Source: Octopus sinensis
Taxonomy: Eukaryota
Assembly: GCF_006345805.1 (NCBI RefSeq)
Contig: NC_043005.1
Location: 1,302,001 to 1,366,000 of the forward strand
Direction of reading: 5' to 3'
DNA: 64,000 nucleotides
The first letter of the stretch is position 1; every line of letters begins with the position of its first letter. Both the position numbers and the translations under genes were made by a program. Positions 1-11,149 of this stretch are shown piece by piece. Below the pieces are notes generated by a model, which made no database searches, was not told where the DNA came from, and worked only from the letters and a program-made list of their open reading frames with translations.

Positions 1-499
1 GCACCATATAAAAATACTTCAAGAGGAGCATGGAGAAGAAAAATAGTAGAATGCCAATATCAAATTGCTTAACTGTATCCAGTTGCATTTCAAATCCCAC
101 AGGAGCTGACACTGTCATTCATCCCCCTTGGGTCAATAAGATAATAGTTGAGTACCAGTGAACTGAGACCAATTTAATGGTGTGCACCATAGCTGAGTCA
201 ATCTGCAAATATTAGAAACCATTTTTGACTGAGAAGCCATGATAAGCTGAGAGTCTGCCAATGATGACAGTAGACAGAACAGTTCTCTACCATTTATGCC
301 ATCAGCACATGTGTGCGTTTGGAATGGATGAAGCAGTTTGAAACCAAACAAAATTCAGCACAAAGGTTTATGTAGATTATTGAACAAAGCACATGAAAAA
401 TACCGATACACATGATAAAGTGTGCATATCACACACCACATGCACAGTAATGCATAGATTTGCACTTGTGCATGTATACATGGATATGTGTGTAAGTAG

Positions 500-3425
500 A
501 TACCCCCAACAACGATGCTATCTCTGATACCCCTTATTCTGCTTGTTTCCTAATTCCTGCCCCTCAAACTTCACAGCTCAGCATCGTCTATACCAACTCG
601 TGCTCCTTATTTCCAAAGTTCAGCGAAATATTTACACTGGCCATGCATGATTCCCCAGATGTGATAGCTATCACCAAGACTTGGCTGACTCCAGCAGTAA
701 AGGACTTGGAAATCCACCTACAGGGCAACGCCCTCTTCAGATGTGACAGAGAAAAAAGGCGAGGTGGAGGTGTTGCTGTGTATGTTAAATTTGATCTCAA
801 ACCGTCCAACTGTATTCTACCCACTAATGCTCAACCTACAACAAAATTCGATGCCGTCTATTGCAAGCTGAGCATTTCTGGGTTTTGCCTGCCCGTGTTA
901 GCTGTCTACAGGCCGCCTCTTGCCGACCCCCAGGACAATGCTCATTTACTCGAAGCGATAAGATTCGTTTCATCTTCTCATGAATGTTTGATATTAGGAG
1001 ACTTCAACGCTCCCATGATCGACTGGCCCGCATCAATTTGTACATCATCTTCCTGGTTCGGCCAGGCCCCTCTTGACGTGACTGAAGATTGTTTTCTATT
1101 GCAACATGTTGAATCTCCCGTCAAGGCATCGGTCTGGGCAGCAGCCATCTATGCTGGATCTGGTATTCTCCCGCTATCCAAGATCAGTATCAGGCTTATC
1201 TGTGCGCGCCCCTCTTGCCAAGAGTGATCATGCGGTCCTGAAGTTTGACATGCACACAACTTTTTCTACGCCCACAACTACTTCGCTACCACGTAGAGTC
1301 TTCTCTGCAATCAATCTTGAAATTCTAACCGAGGTTTCTGTGCTTCTGGACTGGCAATCCCTGATGACAATGTCCTCAGTTGACAAACTATGGTTGTCCC
1401 TCAAAGCATATGTAATCTGGTTGACTGACCGAGCAGTTCCCATTGGGCTTCCCAAGAAGAAGAAACACAAGCCCTGGGTGACGAAGAAGGTTAAATGAGA
1501 ACTTCGACTCAGAGATATTGCTTGGGCTGAATTCAAAAATCTAGATTCGACTGCAGCTTTTGAGGTGTACAAAACTCAACGAGACCAAGCCGTGAAAATT
1601 GAAAAGGAAGAACGCTTCAGATATGAATACAGAATCGCGGCAAACGCCAGTAGCAAACCAAAAACCTTCTTTGCCCATGTCCAACAGAATTCCCACTTGA
1701 ACAACCAAATTGCAACGTTGGTAGACTCAACAGGCATATCGATTGTGGACCCTTATCAGTAGAGTCAGTTATTTGCTGAGGCTTTTTCGACAATTTTCAA
1801 ACAAGATGATGGTCATGAACCCCCTCCATTTGATAGATTGGTACCTCCAATACCTAGATTGGTCATCACTTGGGACGAAGTCGAACGCATTATTCAAGGC
1901 CTCAATGTCAACAAGGGTCACGGCTCTGATGGCATACACCCACAGGTTATCAAAGCGTTGGCTCCAGTCATCTGCGAACCTTTAACACTTCTATTCAATA
2001 TGTCATTGGCGATGGGTGTTGTACCAGCGGACTGGAGAATAGCGATAATCTGCCTGATTTTCAAGAAAGAGAGCTGTGAAGACCCGCTTAACTACAGACC
2101 AGTTTCCCTTACTTCAATAATCAGCAAGATGTTCGAAACCATCCTCAAGAAAAGTATGTTGCTCCACCTCCAAAACACAGCCTCTATCTCTGATTCCCAA
2201 CACGGCTTTGTGCCAAAGAGATCATGCTTGACCAACTTACTGGTAATGGAAGAATTGGGGACGCGCATCCTCGATGATAGTGACGCTGTTGACATCGTTT
2301 TATTAGACTTTGCCAAAGCTTTTGACTCGGTAAACCACCGCCTATTACTTGTCAACCTTCAAGCATATAGTTTCCATCCGGATATTGTATGATAGGTTGG
2401 TGCCTTCCTCTCGGATCGCTCCTTCCAAGTCCAAGTTAATGGTTCGCTGTCTGACGTCTCCAGTGTGAGCAGTGGCATGCCTCAAGGTTCAGTGCTTGGG
2501 CCGTTATTGTTTTTAGTCTTCATCAATGACTTGCCCAATGACCTCACACAACACACCCTTCTATTTGCCGATAATGTCAAACTGGTCGCTCCTTGCGGTG
2601 ATATAGATGATCTTCGTCGATGCCTCCACCAAGTTTGGAGATGGTCAAACGAATGGGACCTGTGTCTGAACGTGTCAAAGTGCTGTCATCTGCCTGTTGG
2701 CTCCTCTTCTGCAACTCAACTTGATTTCGAGCCGGGTCGTCTGCTGCTGGAGAAGACCGACCAGGTAAAGGACCTGGGTATCTTGGTGGATTCTTCCTTC
2801 TTGCCTTCAGCCCAATGCGTCCATGCTGCCAACAAAGCACGCGGAGTTCTGTTTTTGATTTGACAGTCATTCAGAATGCTCACAGCAGCCATATTCCTAC
2901 CGCTGGTGAGACCCATATTGGAGTACGGGATTCAAGCCTCTTCTCCTTATCTCTTCAAAGACATACATCATCTCGAAAGAGTCCAGAAGTTGGCTACCTG
3001 CATGGTTCTTGGTCTCAAGCATTTGTCTTATGAAGAAAGGCTGAAGACGCTAGACCATTATTCTCTAGAAAAACGCCGCCGCCGTGGTGATCTCATTCTC
3101 ACTCACAACATCATAAGCGGAAAGTGTAACCTCTCGAAAGAGCTGTTCTTCACTCCGGCTCCAGAGTGTCAGCTGTAGGGTTACTCCGAAAAGCTCTATC
3201 TGTGACGATTTCATCTCAATCAAAGGAGAGGGGCTTTCTCTGTCCGAGTTGTGGATCTGTGGAATAAACTGCCAGACGGGATAGTGAAGATGCTGACGAC
3301 CGGTCGGTTCAAAGTCTCTCATGACCAGAAATGGCCTGAACTCTTTGCATGAACACCCTCCCTGTACTTAACTCCATGTCCCCCTACATGGCCTTGCTCT
3401 TGCTTTTAGAGCCAAAAAACTTAAC
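500..3425 (+). mobile_element. CR1-clade LINE, near-complete ORF2 (APE endonuclease + RT), disrupted by stops and frameshifts
   Basis: Consecutive ORF pieces carry APE motifs (YTNSCSL, IAITKTWL, RCDR..RRGGGVAVYVK, YRPP, LILGDFNAP, LDLVF, SDH) and RT motifs (NYRPVSLTS, QHGFVPKRSCLTNLL, LDFAKAFDSVNH, GMPQGSVLGPLLF, LFADNVKL, KDLGILVD). The CR1 C-terminus follows (LERVQKLAT, YEERLK, SLEKRRRRGDLI, WNKLP). The element ends at a (CA)/(TA) microsatellite. Confidence 0.93.
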
Positions 3426-3519
3426 TATATACATGCATAAACACACACACACATATATGCATGTATGATATGTATGTGTGTATACACGCACACACACATA
3501 TACACACAGACATACACAC

Positions 3520-3554
<35 letters not shown>

Positions 3555-3557
3555 AAT

Positions 3558-4011
3558 TAGAATGAAGAATAGCAGGATCCCTAAGCAGATGTTATATGGG
3601 GAACTTGTGAATGGAAAGAGACTCTGGCAGAAACCAAGGCTGCAATGTAAGAACTGTGTGAAGTCCTCATTAAAGGCCCGTAATATGCCAGACTGACTGG
3701 GAGAACAATGCCCGTCATTGTCACAGATGGAGGAAGCAGGTTAAGGAGGGGGTCGACCCTTTTGAGAGAGCACATTATGCAGCATGAAGAACTTAAGCAT
3801 GCTGCTTGAAAGCACACTGCTTGAAAGCGCACTGCTGGTGTAGTGACTGGGGAAAGTTGGTCTGCAATGTTTGCAATTGTGTATGCTTGTCAAGAATAGG
3901 GTTCTTTAGCCACCAACAGAGCCAGAAATGCAAAATAAAAGCTAGTCCTAGAACGCACAATGTTCCTAAAGGTCAGCAATGGTCATCCTCGGTCACAAGT
4001 GAATGGCCATC
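3558..4011 (+). mobile_element. RTE-clade LINE 3' fragment with C-terminal zinc-finger
   Basis: Translates to RMKNSRIPKQMLYGELVNGKR... and CNVCNCVCLSRIGFFSHQQS, matching the RTE C-terminal C..C...SRIGL.SH pattern. Contains a 15-bp tandem duplication (ctgcttgaaagcaca) near 3802. Confidence 0.8.
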
Positions 4012-4097
4012 ATATATATATATTTCAAAATGTAACCATATGTGAATTGTTGGTGATTTTTTTCCCCTTTGTTTTCCTTTTCTATTGGACTTTCCTC

Positions 4098-4134
4098 TGT
4101 TTCTGAAGAAGATCTTTGCTCAAAACATTAAACC
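4098..4134 (+). ncRNA. Degenerate minimal (type I, PLE-like) hammerhead ribozyme motif, C3-G8 core
   Basis: gttt-CTGAAGA-a-gatc ttt gctc-AAAAC-att-aaac. Stem I is gttt/aaac, stem II is imperfect, and GAAAC has decayed to AAAAC (CpG transition). Lies in a ~230-bp insert (4022-4250) flanked by (TA)n. Confidence 0.55.
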
Positions 4135-4540
4135 ATCTTTCTTTCCTTCCCTCAGCATCTGCTAATACTTTACACGTTCCACATCCTCACGTTGTTGTTT
4201 TTTTGTGTTTGTTCTTCGGTTTTTTTTTTTTTTCAGATTTACTATTTTATATATATATTGTCATTAATATTCAGCAGAAGCAACAGAGTGACTCAAGGCC
4301 TGAGAGCTTCGTGCATTGGCACTTATCAAACTAGCTACAGCTCAAAGAGTTGTGGGTTTATATAGCTGGTGAGAATTACATTTTCCTCTGGATTGCTCCA
4401 GATCAAATTTTAAATAATAACACTGTCATGTGGATAATTCATATTTTTAAAACAGTTTGCCCATTATGTCATTTAATATGTAAATACATAAATAAAGAAG
4501 TAAAGAAATAAAGAGAGAAAGAAACTTGTGCGTATCTTCA

Positions 4541-4640
4541 CACATCACCATTTAACCATTTAATGTCCGTCATCCATGCTGGCATGGGTTGGACGGTTTG
4601 ACCAGGGCTGGCAAGCTGGAAGGCTGTACCAGACTCCACA
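4541..4640 (-). mobile_element. RTE-family 3' end fragment
   Basis: Reverse complement of the family tail gtcaaaccgtccaacccatgccagcatgga...gacgttaaatgatg seen on the ORF-bearing copies. Confidence 0.8.
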
Positions 4641-5689
4641 CACAAATACCCACAAAATTCACACACATATATGAGAGAGTATATAAATTAGAAATATAAG
4701 CATATAAATATACATGCATATACAGACACACGTGCATATATATATATATACAGCATATACACACTCATATACACATATACATTTATATATACATATATAT
4801 ATTTATATATGTATGTATGAATTTGTGTGTTTGTTACTGACATATCAATCTCAACTCTTTCACATAAAGTCAATGGTTGATATGCAAGGCAATTACAACC
4901 GAAATACATGCTAAAGAGGAGCTCCAGCTTTACCCTGGAGGCAAAGGAGGACTGCATCACGGGAGAGACGAGGATTGGTAATGGAGAGGCAAGTTGGCAG
5001 CTGACAACACAGAACATCAAAGGCAACTGTTAGCAGTGTGGAAGAAGTTAAAAGTGGGGATGCAGCAGGAGTCTGAGAGGGAAGTATATTGTTTAATTAA
5101 TTAATTTAGTTATTGACGATTCTCAATATGTAGTTCCTTATAGAGCCCTGATGAAATATCTGAATTCTAGAAATTCTTGTATAACATAACCTTTACAACT
5201 GCAACCATCACAAATTCACAAAAGAAAAAAAGAACGAATGTCAATGAATGAATTTGGAGTTTCCATGAGTAAACGTGACCTAAATCCTTGAATCTGGAAG
5301 CAGCAGAAGCAGCAGCAGCAGCTTCCATCAGTCATCCTAAAGGAAGCGAAGGAGAATAGAGCTGGCACTTTTTAGAATGAAGATGACATAAGAAAAACAG
5401 GAGGCGATGGAGAAATTTAAAGAGAAGAAATTAGATAAAGTGGCACACCCAGATATCCACCCTTTAATTTTGGCTTATTTTGGGAACTGTGTCTACAGGT
5501 GTGTGTGAGTGTGTGTGCGCGCGTGTGTGCAAGCATATATACGTTTATAAAACTTCTGCCCTGTACTCTGGATACTGATCTTGCATCTTAAGCTGACAAA
5601 CAATGCGTTAATATTTCTGAAACAGTGATAACGTAGCCATCACCTGTCTTGTTTTTAAATATGGAAGAAGATATGATTTTCCAGAAACA

Positions 5690-5734
5690 GCAGAGAGAGA
5701 GAGAGGGAGAAAGAGGGAAGAGAGAGAGAGAGAA

Positions 5735-5765
<31 letters not shown>

Positions 5766-5790
5766 TGTGTGTGTGAGTGTGTGTGTGTGC
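5690..5790. repeat. (GA)n/(GT)n compound microsatellite
   Basis: Directly visible. Confidence 0.95.
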
Positions 5791-6081
5791 ACGTGCTATT
5801 GAACTGGTCTGAAAGAAAGGGCATTGTGCTCTTGAATTTCAGAGACTCCCGTCATCAATACAATTAACATTCCTTTTGAACAATGGGAAATCCATAACAC
5901 AACAGACGTGAGTGGAAGGATTTCCACAGCAAGGACAAAGTAGAGTAGTTAATGAGGGTCCCAGGCAGTCACAGAGTAGAGAAAGTGCCATAGTTTGCAG
6001 AAATATTGGTGAACAACTTCAGCCCAATAAGCTGGTTTCCTTTGGATGTAGACAAAAACAGGTCTTTGTGTCCACCCTCTC

Positions 6082-6132
<51 letters not shown>

Positions 6133-6193
6133 ATATTATATATATATATATGATATATTTATATATTATATATGATAATATATAATATATATA

Positions 6194-6293
6194 NNNNNNN
6201 NNNNNNNNNNNNNNNNNNNNNNNNNNNNNNNNNNNNNNNNNNNNNNNNNNNNNNNNNNNNNNNNNNNNNNNNNNNNNNNNNNNNNNNNNNNNN
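6194..6293. other. Assembly gap (100 N) next to a (TA)n tract
   Basis: Run of N. Confidence 1.
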
Positions 6294-6998
6294 GCCACTC
6301 ATATAAACACAAAGTTGACATGGCCTGCAGAATGTGTTCCTGGATTCTCAGAACTTTCCAGTCGACAGATATCCACACCATATCCTTCTCTTCTCCACTT
6401 TTGCCCGACCCCACCTTGAATAGTTGTCCACTGTGGTCTCCACAACAATACAAGGTATCATAAAAGTTGAAGCACCTCAAAGGGCAATCACAAAAAAGAT
6501 AGATGGCATGACAGGCCTCGACTATTGGGGTCGGCTAGAAAAGCTAAAACTCTATTCTCTCCAACGTCGTCGTGAGCGCTACATCATCTGCATGATGTGG
6601 AAAATATTCCATCAGCATTGCCCAAATGATGTTGGCATCACCTTAAGGTACATCCAAGGCTTGGGCCCCGTGCATCCGCCCAAAACAAAAATCGCACTCT
6701 CATCTCATACAATACGGCACAATTATTTCACCTCAATTGGCCCCGCTCTCTTTAACATTACACCAAAACACATTAAAACAGAACTGACCCTATAGGGTTC
6801 AAGAAGTCTTTGGACAGATTCCTTCAAGAAATCCCGGATAAACCCCCTACACCCGGATATGTCTCTGTAAACAATAACTCTCTACTTGAGTGGGCCATAG
6901 TGCCCAAATTCTGACTTGAAAGACTTCACCAGGTGGTGCTATTAAGTTAGACATGGCCTGGGCCAATAATGGCCGAAACCTATCAAAGTATCAAAGTA
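6294..6998 (+). mobile_element. CR1/L2-group LINE 3' fragment
   Basis: Translates to EAPQRAITKKIDGM..LDYWGRLEKLKLYSLQRRRERYII. Ends in a stem-loop (ggcca ataa tggcc gaaac) and a (tatcaaag)n tail. Confidence 0.88.
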
Positions 6999-7010
6999 TA
7001 TATATATCAT

Positions 7011-8085
7011 ATTTTGATTTGATTTTGATTTTTCCAGTTTCAGCTAATGAGCTGTGGCCATGCTGGGGCACCGCCATTTGGTTTGCTATATGATTTTACC
7101 TCACGAATGCTTTTTAGCAACTGCCATTAGGTGCATGAGAGAGTTCGATGCAGCTGCCCTCATCTGCACATCCTGCCGTGAAGTTGGTTCATCCGGAACA
7201 CCTGACAGGAAGAGATCCAGTCCTACTTTAAAGATATCCGCATCTACACCATGCAGGTCCCTCAGGTTCTTCGGGAGAATATTGAAGAGCTGTGGGCCTC
7301 TGAAGCCCAGGCTATCACAGTATCTTGTCCTACATCTTGATGGCAAATTTGGAGTCCTTGGTACTACGCAGTGGCGCCCGGTTCTGGCATTTGTGTGACT
7401 CTCGATGCCAAAGTTTGGGACAAGTCCTTCCAGGATCTTCCAGATATATATTATGGCATATCTTTCTCACCTACGCTCCAGGGAATAGAGCTTTAATCTC
7501 TTGAGTCTTTCCCAGTAGCTTATATGCTGCACAGAGGCTATCTTCTTCGTGTAGCTTCGTTGGATCATCTCAAGTTCTGTGATCAACTTGACACTGGATG
7601 GTGACCATAGCTGAGAGCAATAGTCAAAGTGGCTTAGGACAAGTGTCTTCCAGAGGACCATCATGGTTTCTTGTTCTCTTGTTCTAAAGGTTCTAAGAAT
7701 CTATCCACCCAGCCGTCTACATTTCATTGCCAGTTTAGCAACATGTACATGAAAGGTCGCGTCATCACTCATGTGAATACCCAGGTCATGCACTGATTGT
7801 GCCTCTGGGATTGCAATCCCTCCGGGTCCAGTGTATTCATTGGGTATTGCATTCAGTTTTGCATGCTGATAGCATAAAGCTTGAAACTTTTCAGCATTGA
7901 ACTGCATGCTATTCTTTTCAGCCCACTTGTATATTTTGTCCAGCTCACATTGCAGGTGCTTAGTGTCTTCAGGGTTCTGTATTGCCTGTGAAACTTTTGT
8001 ATCATCTGCATAACTTGTGATCATCGCTCTCTGCGTGGCTGAGGGCATGTCTGAGAGGGCCATTATGAACAGTAGTGGTCCCAAA
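7011..8085 (-). mobile_element. CR1/L2-group LINE, 5'-truncated (RT domain 4 to 3' tail), tail-to-tail with the previous copy
   Basis: Motifs GPLLFIMALSD, SYADDTKV, MQFNAEKFQ, DLGIHM, HFDYCSQLWSP, YWERLKRLKLYSLERR and GPQLFNILPK. Tail is (aaaatc)n at 7011-7030. Confidence 0.9.
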
Positions 8086-8213
8086 ACATATATTACAAAG
8101 GAGTGGCCCTATCCTACAGTGCACAGTAGCTGTTTCTTTGGCATACCTGTAGAAAGCTCTGGGGTTAGATTTTATGTTGTCTATATATTATATATCATAT
8201 ATATATATATATG

Positions 8214-8505
8214 TGTGGCCGATGCCAGTGCCGCCTAGACTGGCTTCCATGCCAGTGGCACATAAAAAGCACCATCCAAACATGGCCGATGCCAGCACCG
8301 CCTTGATTGGCTTCCGTGCCGGTGGCACGTAAAAAGCGCCCACTACACTCTCGGAGTGGTTGGCGTTAGGAAGGGCATCCAGCTGTAGAAACACTGCCAA
8401 ATCAGACTGGAGCCTGGTGCAGCCTTCTGGCTTTCCAGTTCCCCGGTCGAACCGTCCAACCCATGCTAGCATGGAGAACAGACGTTAAATGATGATGATG
8501 ATGAT
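8214..8505 (+). mobile_element. RTE-family 3'UTR copy with two gtgccNNNggcac-aaaaagcacc modules and a (TGA)n tail
   Basis: Same 3' sequence as the ORF-bearing RTE copies at 20100-20350 and 40400-40709. Confidence 0.85.
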
Positions 8506-8533
8506 AATATATCATATATATATTATATATATA

Positions 8534-8914
8534 CAAGCAGTATCGCCCAGCGTTGCTCGGGTTTGTAAGGGAAATAACTATATAAGCATTTTTAGAGATG
8601 TAAAGTATAATAGCCATCTCAATATGGCTAACCACAAAGGGGGGTGTTACTGTGGCTTTTTACGTTATGAGATTTAATAAATTTTTAGAGAGTTACTTCC
8701 CTTATATATGCCAAAAATGCATTAAAAATGGGAAAAATTGATGGTAATTTTTTTTTTAAATTGTAGACGCGCGCTAATACCCAGAAGGGCTCAATATGAA
8801 TCATGACTATAAGATACCGGGTTTTGGTTAAACTGCACCGCAAAATGTGGGAGTAGTTAGGAATCTAAATCGTAGGAGACAGACAGCACACAACCTCACT
8901 TTTATATATAAAGA
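8534..8914 (-). mobile_element. Non-autonomous Helitron
   Basis: On the minus strand it starts TC(tttatatataaaag...) and ends cccgagcaacgctgggcgatactgCTTG, a subterminal hairpin plus a CTAG-like end. Inserted between A and T in a TA tract. The 3' end is shared with 55105-55492. Confidence 0.75.
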
Positions 8915-8991
8915 TATATTATATATCATATATATATTATATATATATATATATATATTATACCATATATATTACAAATATCATATATATA

Positions 8992-8993
<2 letters not shown>

Positions 8994-9023
<30 letters not shown>

Positions 9024-9475
9024 TTAACGTTCGCTTTCAAAGCTGGCATGGGTTGGATGATTTGACTGAGGTCTGGCAAACCAAATGGCTGCACCAGGCT
9101 CCAATCTGATCTGGCAGAGTTTCTACAGCTCAATGCCCTTCCTAACGCCAACCACTCTGAGAGTGTAGTGGGTGCTTTTATGTGCTACCGACACTAGGGC
9201 CAGTCAGGTGGTACAGGCAATGGCCATGCTCAAATGGTGCATTTTATGTGCCACCTGCACAGGAGCCAGTCCAGCAGCACTGGCAACGACCTTGCTCGAA
9301 TATTTTTTCATGTGCCTCCAGCACAAGTGCCAGTAAGGCGATGCAGGTAATGATCACGCTCGAATGGTGCTTTTTACATGCCACCGGCAAAGAAGCCAGT
9401 TTGTTGCTCTGGCAACGATCACACTCGGATGGTACTTTTAGCACTCCACTAGCACAGATGCCAGTCATCGAATTT
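8994..9475 (-). mobile_element. RTE-family 3'UTR copy with about five hairpin modules
   Basis: (CAT)n tail, conserved tail sequence, and repeated ggtgcttttt-a-c/t-gtgccacc units. Confidence 0.85.
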
Positions 9476-9708
9476 GATTTTGATATTATACATGATATAT
9501 ATATTATATCATACATATCATAAATATATATTATATATATATTATAGACATATATATATATATATATATTACGGAGATGTACTTGCATAGTAAGTGACTT
9601 GTTCAGAGATCGTGTGCTGGAACGAAAACAATTGTAGCGTGGAAGGTGTTTATAAGCCATTTAAGAAACAGACAAAAATGTTAGATTTACTTCAACATTT
9701 AAATTTAA

Positions 9709-9759
9709 TTTGTCAAAATAATTTCATCACTTTGAGACCGCGACCTGTTCACTGACAAA
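9709..9759 (-). ncRNA. Minimal hammerhead motif, G3-C8 core variant (left arm)
   Basis: Minus strand reads tttgtca-GTGAACA-g-gtcgc ggtctcaaa gtgat-GAAA-ttat-TT-tgacaaa. Confidence 0.65.
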
Positions 9760-9789
9760 ACTTTGTGCTGCATCTGAGCAGCAGGAAGT

Positions 9790-9840
9790 TTTGTCAGTGA
9801 ACAGGTTGCGGTCTCAAAGTGACGAAACTATTTTGACAAA
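9790..9840 (+). ncRNA. Minimal hammerhead motif, G3-C8 core variant (right arm)
   Basis: tttgtca-GTGAACA-g-gttgc ggtctcaaa gtgac-GAAA-ctat-TT-tgacaaa, with a 7-bp stem I and a 5-bp stem II. Confidence 0.68.
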
Positions 9841-9931
9841 TTAGATTTAAATGTTGAAGTGAATCTAACATTTTTGTATGTTTCTTAAATGGTTTATAAA
9901 CACCTTCCACGCTGCAATTATATATATATAT

Positions 9932-10243
9932 ACGGTGGCATGTAAAAAGCACCATCCGTTCGTGGCCATTGCCAGCCTCGCCTGGCCCCGTGCCGGCGGC
10001 ACGTAAAAAGCACCATCCGTCCGTGGCCGTTTGCCAGCTCCATCTGGCACCTGTGCGGGTGGCACGTAAAAAGCGCCCACTACACTCACGAAGTGGTTGG
10101 CGTTAGGAAGGGCATCCAGCTGAAGAAACTTTGCCAGATAAGACCGGAGCCTGGTGCAGCCTTTTAGCTTCCCAGATCCCCGGTCGAACCGTCCAACCCA
10201 TGCTAGCATTGAGAACGGACGTTAAACGATGATGATGATGATG
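9932..10243 (+). mobile_element. RTE-family 3'UTR copy (three hairpin modules, CpG-rich, apparently young)
   Basis: gtgccggcggcacgtaaaaagcacc modules, conserved tail and (TGA)n. Confidence 0.85.
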
Positions 10244-10255
10244 ATATATATATAT

Positions 10256-10293
<38 letters not shown>

Positions 10294-10471
10294 ACATATA
10301 TACACACTAGCTAACGTACCTGGTAATTCCCAGAAAAGTGGGGCTTATCCTCTGGTCCTGTTCTCATAATTGTTTCACTAATCCATATGTTTCACTACAT
10401 ACTAAGTATGTAGCCCTTAAAACGGTTTTTGTGCATTTATTGAGAATACTGAACTGTCTTAGACAGGATCT

Positions 10472-10945
10472 TCATCATTATCATCATCGTTTAATGTCCC
10501 ATGCTAGCATGGGTTGGACAGTTTGTCTAGGGTCTGGGAAGCCAGGAGGCTGCACCAGGCTCCAGTCTGATCAGGCAGTGTTTCTACAGCTGGATGCCCT
10601 TCCTAATGCCAACCTCTCCATGAGTATAGTGGGTGATTTTCACCTGCCACCGGCACAGGGGCCAGAGGATGCTGGCAATGGCCATGATTGGTTGGTGCTT
10701 TCTGCCAACAGAGGTAGTAGTTCTCTGAAATTCCTCCAACCTATTCTTATTCTAGAACTAATACTTTCAGAGCATCCACCACTGTTACTAATTTGGTCAC
10801 CTAAATAGCAGAAACTATCTACTACCTCAAGAGAGTCTCCCAACCATTTGAGAGAGTTTAAGTCTCTTGTGCTCTTAGTACTTATTGTTCCTATACATCT
10901 ATCACACACAAAAGCAACCTTATCTGATAATCTTCCCATGCATCT
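10472..10945 (-). mobile_element. RTE copy, internally deleted (RT segment fused to 3'UTR)
   Basis: ORF 10640-10939 reads FVCDRCIG...LEVVDSFCYLGDQI...RIRIGWRNFRELLPLL and joins directly to the 3'UTR/tail. Confidence 0.85.
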
Positions 10946-11149
10946 CTTGACTGAACCCAGAGCAAAAACCAGTTCCCAACCTCCATGTTATAAATGTAAA
11001 TCCCACCCTTCCCCACACCTCTAATACCCTTCCAAATATTGGAGTATCAAACAATCTAACAAACGACCACCCCACACCTGATAACCCCTAATACACCACA
11101 ACCCCTCCAAAACCCTAGCTCCACCCAGGTAATCCTACCCCCAATCAGA

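Larger units (their letters stand above)
9569..9919. mobile_element. Penelope-like-derived palindromic element (inverted arms ~9630-9770 and ~9777-9919)
   Basis: Near-perfect long inverted repeat inside (TA)n. Each arm carries a hammerhead-like fold. Confidence 0.75.

Noticed and set aside
4850-4925. ggttg...caacc-GAAA with ctcttt/aaagag flanks
   Set aside because: No recognisable NUGANNA core. More likely the 3' end of an old LINE fragment on the minus strand.
5140-5185. CTGATGA...GAAA hammerhead-like spacing
   Set aside because: No convincing stem I or stem II.
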